Shown: in pieces, positions 34,336 through 41,054 of the stretch
How the letters are laid out: each line of letters starts with the position of its first letter
How positions within the stretch are numbered: position 1 is the first letter of the stretch
NCBI GenBank assembly: GCA_023245385.1
Contig: JAHFKM010000001.1
Location: forward strand, 1-48,029
Reading direction: 5' to 3'
DNA: 48,029 bases
Source of the DNA: an archaeon
GTDB taxonomy: Archaea; Nanobdellota; Nanobdellia; SCGC-AAA011-G17; GW2011-AR18
Notes under the pieces: generated by a model
Seen by the model: the letters and a program-made list of their open reading frames with translations, nothing else
Database searches by the model: none
What the model was told of the DNA's origin: nothing
Position numbers and translations under genes: made by a program

Positions 34336-34702
34336 CGGATTGGATCATTTAACAGATGAAGAGCAGTATGTGTTGAAAAAACTTGTCGAGAAAGAATTTC
34401 CAAAAATAGAAAGGATGATGAAGAATGTTGATTCTGTAGTTGTTGATGTCAAGACACATGATAAGGGTGGAAAAAGAAAGATGTATATGTTAGACGTAAA
34501 AGTAATCGCTCCTAAAACAGTATTTAGTGTTAAAGCAAAGGAAAACACAATTAAGAAGTCTCCCTATTGGGATCTTGCCGCGTCCGCGCATCACGCAATG
34601 GAGAGTTTGGAAGCTGAAGTAAAACATAAATTAAAAGCAGATACAGTCGCATGGAAGAAAACAGATATGAAAAGAGGAATGCGATCTAAGTTAAACGAAT
34701 AA
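34316..34702 (+). CDS. Putative S30AE/HPF-RaiA-like ribosome-associated protein
   Basis: GGGAGG lies 8 nt upstream. The layout IRYNGLDHLTDEEQYVLKKLVEKEFPKIERMM - SVVVDVKTH - YMLDVKVIAP.TVFSVKAKE - YWDLAASAHHAMESLEAEVKHKLK mirrors the beta-alpha-beta-beta-beta-alpha fold of HPF/YfiA. Confidence 0.35.
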   Translation: MTAIRYNGLDHLTDEEQYVLKKLVEKEFPKIERMMKNVDSVVVDVKTHDKGGKRKMYMLDVKVIAPKTVFSVKAKENTIKKSPYWDLAASAHHAMESLEAEVKHKLKADTVAWKKTDMKRGMRSKLNE

Positions 34703-34764
34703 AAAAAGAATCTTCCGGATTTTTCTAGCGTTTCTTTATTAAGCCCTTCTGTAAAGAAATCAAG

Positions 34765-35349
34765 ATGAAAGGAAAGATCTATCTTTTTACTTTAATTTTT
34801 TTAATCAGTCTAGTTTCCGCTGAGAAAGAGTGTAAAGAACGTGTAGAAATACAAACCAATAAAGAAACTTATACCCTTTCCGAAAAAGTTGTTTTTTATA
34901 ATAAAATCAACAGTTCGCTTCCGTTTGAGATCGAGTATTGGATTGAAAACAATGCAGGAATGAACGTTAAAAAACCAGCAAAAACAAAGAATCTTGCTGC
35001 AAAAAGTTTTACTCCTAAAAATGGGGGAGTGTTCATTTTAAAAAACAAACTGTTAAACAGCTCCTGTAAAAGCGCTAAAAAAATACTTGTTCTGAAACAA
35101 GATTATCTCAAAGAAAAATTTGTCAAAAAAAATGAAACTAACTTTCCCGAGACTCCCGAAAGGAATATAAACAATACTGAAATCCAGAGGATAGAATACA
35201 ACTCATCCGGTAAGAAAGCAAAAGAAAAAAGCGCCTACATACTTTGCTTTATTCTACTTACTTTGATGTTTTGTTGGATAGGAAAATATGGAATTTTCAA
35301 TAAGAGCAATCGTGGAAGTGCTAGGATTTCCCCAGCAACATGTAGATGA
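34765..35349 (+). CDS. Secreted/membrane-anchored hypothetical protein
   Basis: Signal peptide MKGKIYLFTLIFLISLVSA and a C-terminal TM helix (AYILCFILLTLMFCWIG). Confidence 0.45.
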   Translation: MKGKIYLFTLIFLISLVSAEKECKERVEIQTNKETYTLSEKVVFYNKINSSLPFEIEYWIENNAGMNVKKPAKTKNLAAKSFTPKNGGVFILKNKLLNSSCKSAKKILVLKQDYLKEKFVKKNETNFPETPERNINNTEIQRIEYNSSGKKAKEKSAYILCFILLTLMFCWIGKYGIFNKSNRGSARISPATCR

Positions 35350-35677
35350 AGTTATGAAGAAGGTAATAGAAAAATTAAGAAAAGAAGAAGGCATTAAAAT
35401 CATAAAAGAAAACGTCGCAGTCGCTGAGAAAATGAAGCAAGAGATGTTTTCTTCTTTCGTTGAGCTTGAGCTAAAAATAAAGGATCTTGCGAAGCTGAAT
35501 TATTTTTGTTTTCACTACCTACCTTCATCAGTAGAAATCTTCAGTGATGAAAATGTGATCACATCAAGGAGAGAATTTACAAATTATTTGAATGATATGT
35601 TAGCTACAGTACATGAATACAATCTTATTATTGCAAATTTAAACGCTGAAATAAAAAAATTGAAAGAAGAAGTATAA
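35288..35677 (+). CDS. Hypothetical cytoplasmic protein (129 aa)
   Basis: ORF only. Coiled C-terminus. Overlaps the end of the preceding ORF. Confidence 0.4.
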   Translation: MEFSIRAIVEVLGFPQQHVDEVMKKVIEKLRKEEGIKIIKENVAVAEKMKQEMFSSFVELELKIKDLAKLNYFCFHYLPSSVEIFSDENVITSRREFTNYLNDMLATVHEYNLIIANLNAEIKKLKEEV

Positions 35678-35679
35678 TA

Positions 35680-36939
35680 CTAAACCACTTTCCTTTTTCT
35701 AATAAAATAAAATCCTATTCCTAAGAGAATGATGACAGAAATAATAGAGATAATGACCCATCTTCTTGTTGATAAACTTGAAGGAGGAACTGTTGAAGAT
35801 ACTTCTGTAGGAAGAACCTCTTGAGCTAATTGTTCCTCTTTTTTATTCTGAAGAACAAGCGCGATAGGAAGTTCAAGTGAAGTTCCTTCTTTGCTTGTTA
35901 TTTTAAGCGTTCCTTGGTAATTTTTACGAAGATCTTTATTTTTATTAAAAGTAAGCGTAAGTTCATGGATTTCTCCCGGATCAAGTTGAGCGAGCTGTGT
36001 TTGACTGAGTGAGACTACTTCCGGAAGCGTTCCTGTAAGTTCAAAACGCAGCAAATGAAGACTTGTTTCTCCAGTATTCTTAAAAGGAAGTGTTCCTTCG
36101 AGAAGCTGGTCTTTCTTAAGAGTCCTGTTAATCTCTTTTAATGAAGTAAGAAAGGCAAGTGACGCGCTTGCTTGTTGTTCCTGCGCTTGTTGCTCTTGTA
36201 CTGATGATAAAACAGGAGCTGAAGTATTTGGTGTTGGAGTTTTTTCTTGCGTTTGCAATGCTTCTTCCCTTTTCAAAGTAACAGGAAGAGCGTAAGAACT
36301 ACCATCATAATTAATAATCACATTCCCTGAGAATGTAGTTTCTGTTTTTCCTACAACAAGCGTAGTAATTGTTGGAGTGATCGATTCACCAACATGAAGA
36401 GTTTGAGGAGCAGTTGGAACCTTGATAAACGACGCGTCAGTACTAAGAGTAAGCACAAAATCACTGGCTCCATGATTAGAAAGAACAAGTTGGAATCCTG
36501 GTTGTTCTAAACGAGATATTGTTTTAAAGAAGATTGCTGGCCGCATACTAAGAGAATAAGGAGTGTTTCTGACAATAAGCGGAAGAGAAGTAGTATAAAG
36601 CGCGCTCGTCCCATCACTTTTTCTGTAACGCACACTAAGAATTTTAAAAAAGTACTCTCCATCTTTCAGAACAGTAGGAATGTCAAAATAACTATAATAC
36701 TCATTAGCACTTATTCTTGTAAGCCCCTGCGCAATAGGAATACTACTACTCCTATTATCAATAAGTTTGAGATTACTTGTACTCAATGGAGAAATAAGAT
36801 CAAGTGAAGACAGTATATGAATTTGAACTGTTTCTCCCTGAGAATAACCTGTTCTACTTGGAGTGAGTGTGATCTCCTGGTTTTGTGCAAAAACACAACT
36901 AATTGAAAGAAGGAAGATAAGAAAAAAAATTCTTTTCAT
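35680..36939 (-). CDS. Surface protein with CARDB-like beta-sandwich repeats and C-terminal TM anchor
   Basis: Signal peptide MKRIFFLIFLLSISCVFAQ. Repeated beta-rich modules (PGEIHELTLTFNKNKDLRKNYQGTLKITS). C-terminal WVIISIISVIILLGIGFYFIRKRK. Confidence 0.55.
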   Translation of the reverse strand: MKRIFFLIFLLSISCVFAQNQEITLTPSRTGYSQGETVQIHILSSLDLISPLSTSNLKLIDNRSSSIPIAQGLTRISANEYYSYFDIPTVLKDGEYFFKILSVRYRKSDGTSALYTTSLPLIVRNTPYSLSMRPAIFFKTISRLEQPGFQLVLSNHGASDFVLTLSTDASFIKVPTAPQTLHVGESITPTITTLVVGKTETTFSGNVIINYDGSSYALPVTLKREEALQTQEKTPTPNTSAPVLSSVQEQQAQEQQASASLAFLTSLKEINRTLKKDQLLEGTLPFKNTGETSLHLLRFELTGTLPEVVSLSQTQLAQLDPGEIHELTLTFNKNKDLRKNYQGTLKITSKEGTSLELPIALVLQNKKEEQLAQEVLPTEVSSTVPPSSLSTRRWVIISIISVIILLGIGFYFIRKRKVV

Positions 36940-38972
36940 GGTTCTTTCAGAAGTTTTTCTGCCTCTTTGAGGGATTTATCAAGCTCTTCATCTTCAGAAC
37001 TATGTTTTCCTGGTCGCGCTGTTGGTCGTTGAAATTGCGGCCGTTGCTGCGGAGCTGGTCGTGAAGTTTCAGCGCTTCTTCTAAACTCTTCAAAACTCAA
37101 ACCATTGTTTTTCTTCTTGAAAAGAGTAATTTTTCCGGTTTTAACAAACTTAAGATAAAAGAACGCTCCTCCAAGAAGAACAACGAGAACACCTACTACA
37201 ATGAAAATCCACGTAAGAGAAGAACTTGAACTACTCCCTGAAGAAACACACGTTCCGTCTGTGCATGATTCTGTATCCCCACAATCTTTATCAGTCTTAC
37301 ATATAGAACTTGATTCTAGCGGTGTAATACACTTTCCTTTTTTACATTCTTCTCCACTTCCACATTCATCTGTGCTTGCGCATTCGCTTTTACCCGCACC
37401 TTTTCCTTCTTCATTCGCAGCAGAACTTTGATCATCTGTTTCACAGGATTTAGTACAAGTTCCTCCACAATCAATACCTATTTCTCCTGTATCCGCAACA
37501 CCATTATCACAACGACAATCATCAGAACTACTACAATCTAAGTCTCCACAATCAATTAATCCATCTCCATCATTATCTTTAAGATCATTGCAAGATTTTT
37601 CAGTATTTTCCGCACTTGCTCCCGCACCCGTTACATCTGTTCCCTTAACTGGAACAACACCTGTCGTGCTGATAATAGTACTGCTAAGCTCCCCTTTCAC
37701 AGCGAGAAGCGCGAGCGCAGTTTTTCTAAGACTTCCATCCCATGATCCATCTTCACTTTGTTTTCTTTGAAGAAAAAGTCTCGCGTTTTGAACGTTTTCC
37801 TGAAATTCTGATTTACTAAGCGCGAACGCCGCCCACGCAGTTGTAAGAATATCTCCTGATTTCCAACTTCCATCACCCGGCCGTTGACTCTGAACAAGAC
37901 TGTTAACAAAAGAATTTGAGCTTAAGGTGCCATCAGTAAGAAGCGTACGCACAAGCACTGCCTTGTGAAGATCATCCGCATCAAGTGCAGTTTCAAGATA
38001 ACTTTGTGTTCCATAATCCTGAAGTTTTTCTCCAGCTTCCACAAGCGCCCAACTCGCATAAAGAGTAGACTCGTACACACACTTAGAAGAGTGTTGTCCC
38101 TCACCAAAACACCCATTAGAAAGACTAAGATCTGCAGTTGATCCTTGAGTACTTTGAAGAATATATAACTCTGTTGGTGTTTTTGCGTAAAGAAGGGAAA
38201 TAACAATTCCTGTTCCCACAGTATCACTTCCGAGCGCACTGCAGTCTACCATAATATGACTATTAGGAAGAGAAAAAAGTGTAGAATCATGAAGATCTGT
38301 CACTATGTTAAGATAATATTTGTTACTCGTACCATCGAGTTCTCCTTTTTTGAGTTTGACTTCTTTCTTTTTGTTTTGCCCCCAACTAAGTGAACAGGTT
38401 CCGTCTTTTTCTGTCGCTTCGATTTGGATGCGCCATTCTCCACCTGTTCTGAGTCCACCAATAAGAGAAGACTGAAGCCATGTTTTTATAGCGCTTGTAT
38501 CCTTTTTTCCTGCTTTTTGCAAAACAAGATAAGCAAAGGCCGTATCCTTAACAGTACATTGACCATCTGGCCAACAATTAGCTGTTTTGTCTTGACTTTC
38601 AAGAAGTTTTTCTATAAGCGGCACAATATCCTTTTCTCTTCCTCCCCGAGTAAGAAGCGCAAGAAGAGTAAGCGCCTGATCCTGAATACTTGCCGTAGTA
38701 CTTAATGATGTAGTGAGAAGCCAATCATAACTTTTGGTAAGATCTTGACCAGATCCTTCTGTTAATAATGGCTTTGAAGGTGTTGAAGAAGTGCTTGATG
38801 ATGCTGTACTTGTCTGAGGAGTGGCTGAACCTACTACACTTGACGAGGAGGTTGTACTAGCTGGAAGAGTCCCACTTGCTGAACTATCCGCGCTTTGCGC
38901 AAAAACATTTGTGACGAAAAGCAGAAGAAGGATAATTATAATGAAACCTCTTTTTACTGAAGACCCGTTCAT
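36936..38972 (-). CDS. Surface protein: S/T-rich stalk, alpha/alpha-toroid (prenyltransferase/terpene-cyclase-like) repeats, Cys/Asp-rich module, TM, cytoplasmic tail
   Basis: Signal peptide. Repeats QSQRPGDGSWKSGDILTTAWAAFAL and RKQSEDGSWDGSLRKTALALLAV. CNDLKDNDGDGLIDCGDLDCSSSDDC. TM helix LTWIFIVVGVLVVLLGGAFFYL. ATGA overlap with the downstream gene. Confidence 0.6.
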   Translation of the reverse strand: MNGSSVKRGFIIIILLLLFVTNVFAQSADSSASGTLPASTTSSSSVVGSATPQTSTASSSTSSTPSKPLLTEGSGQDLTKSYDWLLTTSLSTTASIQDQALTLLALLTRGGREKDIVPLIEKLLESQDKTANCWPDGQCTVKDTAFAYLVLQKAGKKDTSAIKTWLQSSLIGGLRTGGEWRIQIEATEKDGTCSLSWGQNKKKEVKLKKGELDGTSNKYYLNIVTDLHDSTLFSLPNSHIMVDCSALGSDTVGTGIVISLLYAKTPTELYILQSTQGSTADLSLSNGCFGEGQHSSKCVYESTLYASWALVEAGEKLQDYGTQSYLETALDADDLHKAVLVRTLLTDGTLSSNSFVNSLVQSQRPGDGSWKSGDILTTAWAAFALSKSEFQENVQNARLFLQRKQSEDGSWDGSLRKTALALLAVKGELSSTIISTTGVVPVKGTDVTGAGASAENTEKSCNDLKDNDGDGLIDCGDLDCSSSDDCRCDNGVADTGEIGIDCGGTCTKSCETDDQSSAANEEGKGAGKSECASTDECGSGEECKKGKCITPLESSSICKTDKDCGDTESCTDGTCVSSGSSSSSSLTWIFIVVGVLVVLLGGAFFYLKFVKTGKITLFKKKNNGLSFEEFRRSAETSRPAPQQRPQFQRPTARPGKHSSEDEELDKSLKEAEKLLKEP

Positions 38973-38995
38973 GATTTTATTTCAGAAGCGGCAAC

Positions 38996-39002
38996 TTTTA
39001 AA
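38996..39002. promoter_or_regulatory. Palindromic TATA element (TTTTAAA) shared by two divergent genes
   Basis: Centred ~27 nt from the minus-strand ATG (38972) and ~26 nt from the plus-strand ATG (39025). Confidence 0.4.
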
Positions 39003-39024
39003 GGTTTCTGTTCATAAAGAACAT

Positions 39025-39606
39025 ATGATTCCAAAAGAGCTTGAACATTTAGATTTAAACTATTTTAGTCATGGGAAGCGTTCGAAGATTTATACCTATA
39101 CTGAAAATGGAAAAATGTTTGCTGTCAAAATTGAGGATGATAAAATAAAAAATAAAGGTCGAATTGAAAATGAAGTAAAATTTTTGAACATTTTAAACAA
39201 ACAAAACATTGGTTCGAGAGTACTACACGCAGGAAAGAAATATTTTATCTACGAGTTTGTTGAAGGTTCCTTAATTTTAGATTTTATAGAGAAGAGTAAG
39301 AATCCTTTTCCAGTTTTAAAAAACATTTTACGCCAATGCCAAGTCTTGGATGAATTGAAAATAAACAAATTAGAGATGCATCATCCGATGAAGCATATTT
39401 TTATTAAAAAAAAGAAGGTTGTGTTAATTGATTTCGAGCGCTGTTACTTTACTGAGAAGCCGAAGAACGTGACGCAGTTTTGTCAGTTTTTAATTCGTTC
39501 GAAGAAATTATCTTTAAACAAAGAAAAAATAATTGCAGCAGTAAAAGAGTATAAAAAAGAAAATTCTGAAAAAAATTTTAAAAAAGTCTTAGCGTGTTTA
39601 ATTTAG
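39025..39606 (+). CDS. Small atypical protein kinase-fold protein (Bud32/RIO-like)
   Basis: GKRSKIYTY...MFAVKIED (Lys), ENEVKFLNILN, and VLIDFERC (DFG-like). The start is placed at an internal ATG because the track ORF N-terminus is antisense to the neighbouring gene. Confidence 0.5.
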   Translation: MIPKELEHLDLNYFSHGKRSKIYTYTENGKMFAVKIEDDKIKNKGRIENEVKFLNILNKQNIGSRVLHAGKKYFIYEFVEGSLILDFIEKSKNPFPVLKNILRQCQVLDELKINKLEMHHPMKHIFIKKKKVVLIDFERCYFTEKPKNVTQFCQFLIRSKKLSLNKEKIIAAVKEYKKENSEKNFKKVLACLI

Positions 39607-39615
39607 AAAAAAGAA

Positions 39616-40260
39616 TTAAAGTTTACAGCAGATGTTTGTTGTTGAAGGATCGCACGTTGAGCTTAGACCAGAAGGATTACCAATGCAAACATAACCTGTT
39701 CCGCATTGGTTTCCTTGAATAATTTTGCAGGATGCTGTTGAAGAAACAGAAACAGGTGGAGGTGGTGCAGGTTTACAATAAGAGGGGTGAAGATTACAAA
39801 TGGATCCACCACAGTCAGTAGAAGAGAGACAGGATCGGGTGCAAACGGGTAGAGCAACGAACGGATTATCAGAGGGGCAATATAAATTAAGTGAAGAGGA
39901 GGGGCAGTCCGAATTCGAATGACAATAATGGGGAGTAATGCCCGAAGGAAGATCGCAATAACCTGGAGGAGGAGGTGAACATATATTTGAGAGACATTGT
40001 GACGACACTGAACAAGATTGCCCACTATTTAATTTAGGTGTACATGAGCCCCATAGCGCGCAGTATTGCCCAGTTGGGCATGTTCCTTTGAGGTTTGTTG
40101 TGCCGCAAGAAGTAAGAGAAGTGGGAAGTCCGACAACATTTCCAGTAATTGCATTTGAAGAAAGGGATGCTCCAGTTAAACTTCCGCCGAGCGCTGCGAA
40201 GAATACTGCGACACCGATTAAGAGAATAAGTGTTCCACTGATTGCTTGTCCTCTTTTCAT
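39616..40260 (-). CDS. Type IV pilin-like (class III signal) Cys-rich secreted protein
   Basis: MKRG/QAISGTLILLIGVAVFFAALGG. The mature part has ~28 Cys in CxxxxC-type spacing plus PPPP tracts. Confidence 0.6.
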   Translation of the reverse strand: MKRGQAISGTLILLIGVAVFFAALGGSLTGASLSSNAITGNVVGLPTSLTSCGTTNLKGTCPTGQYCALWGSCTPKLNSGQSCSVSSQCLSNICSPPPPGYCDLPSGITPHYCHSNSDCPSSSLNLYCPSDNPFVALPVCTRSCLSSTDCGGSICNLHPSYCKPAPPPPVSVSSTASCKIIQGNQCGTGYVCIGNPSGLSSTCDPSTTNICCKL

Positions 40261-40337
40261 TGAGACCCTTCTTGGAAATTAGGTATATATAAATAATTGT
40301 TCTAGAAAGTATATTTTAAAGAACACATTTCAATTTT

Positions 40338-41030
40338 TTATCCCTTTAATTCTTTCCGAATAATACCCGCAATTTCTTTTTCATAATGAAAGAAAGGATG
40401 CCCCATTCCTCGAATAAGATATTCTTTTCCAGAAAAAGACAGTTCTTTGTCAATATATTTATCATGCTCTCCTATAATAAAAATCGCTTTCTCTCTCACC
40501 CCTTTGAGCGTATTAAGATCATCTTTCAGAAGAGTATTACGAATAGTAAAGATCTGCGAGTGATGCGTATGACGAAAATAATCCTTAAAAGAAAGAACGT
40601 ACTTACGATGAAACAAATACACATAAGGAAAGAAAAAATGATTCCAAAACACTTCTGTTCTGCAAAAAAACTCCGCAAGAGAAGGATGTTGAGCATGAAA
40701 AATTTGTTCTTTAAGCTGATTTTTACTACTCGTAGGATAGCCAATTAAAAACACTTTCTCTACACTGTCAGGATGTTTAAGAGTAAAATCTTTCGCGATG
40801 ATTGCACCCAGAGAATGACCAACAAGAACATATTTTTGAGAAAGATCAAGCACCCCCTCTAAAAAAGAAACAAAAGTATCAGAATCATACCTAAGTTGTG
40901 GTTTCTTCGCCCTCCCATAACCAATGAAGTCCAAAGGAAGCGTATTAAAGTCTTTAGAAAGTTCTTTCTCCAAATATATAAAATTATTCTTCGATCCAAA
41001 GAGCCCATGCAAGAAAACGAGCGTTTTCAT
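40338..41030 (-). CDS. Alpha/beta hydrolase
   Basis: MKTLVFLHGLFGS (oxyanion HG), nucleophile elbow LVGHSLGA, and a C-terminal GMGHPFF (His). Confidence 0.7.
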   Translation of the reverse strand: MKTLVFLHGLFGSKNNFIYLEKELSKDFNTLPLDFIGYGRAKKPQLRYDSDTFVSFLEGVLDLSQKYVLVGHSLGAIIAKDFTLKHPDSVEKVFLIGYPTSSKNQLKEQIFHAQHPSLAEFFCRTEVFWNHFFFPYVYLFHRKYVLSFKDYFRHTHHSQIFTIRNTLLKDDLNTLKGVREKAIFIIGEHDKYIDKELSFSGKEYLIRGMGHPFFHYEKEIAGIIRKELKG

Positions 41031-41054
41031 AAAGATAAAAAATAAAATGAATAT

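Noticed and set aside
38094-38117. NGCFGEGQ as an alpha-2-macroglobulin-type thioester site
   Set aside because: The canonical motif is GCGEQ, with Gln three residues after Cys. Here the spacing is five residues, so a canonical thioester is unlikely without structural evidence.
38821-39024. N-terminal extension of the kinase-like ORF (MAEPTT...), or a start at 38971 overlapping the divergent ATG
   Set aside because: The extension is antisense to the signal-peptide region of the 678-aa gene. The ATG at 39025 has the window-typical TATA spacing. The choice between 38971 and 39025 remains uncertain.
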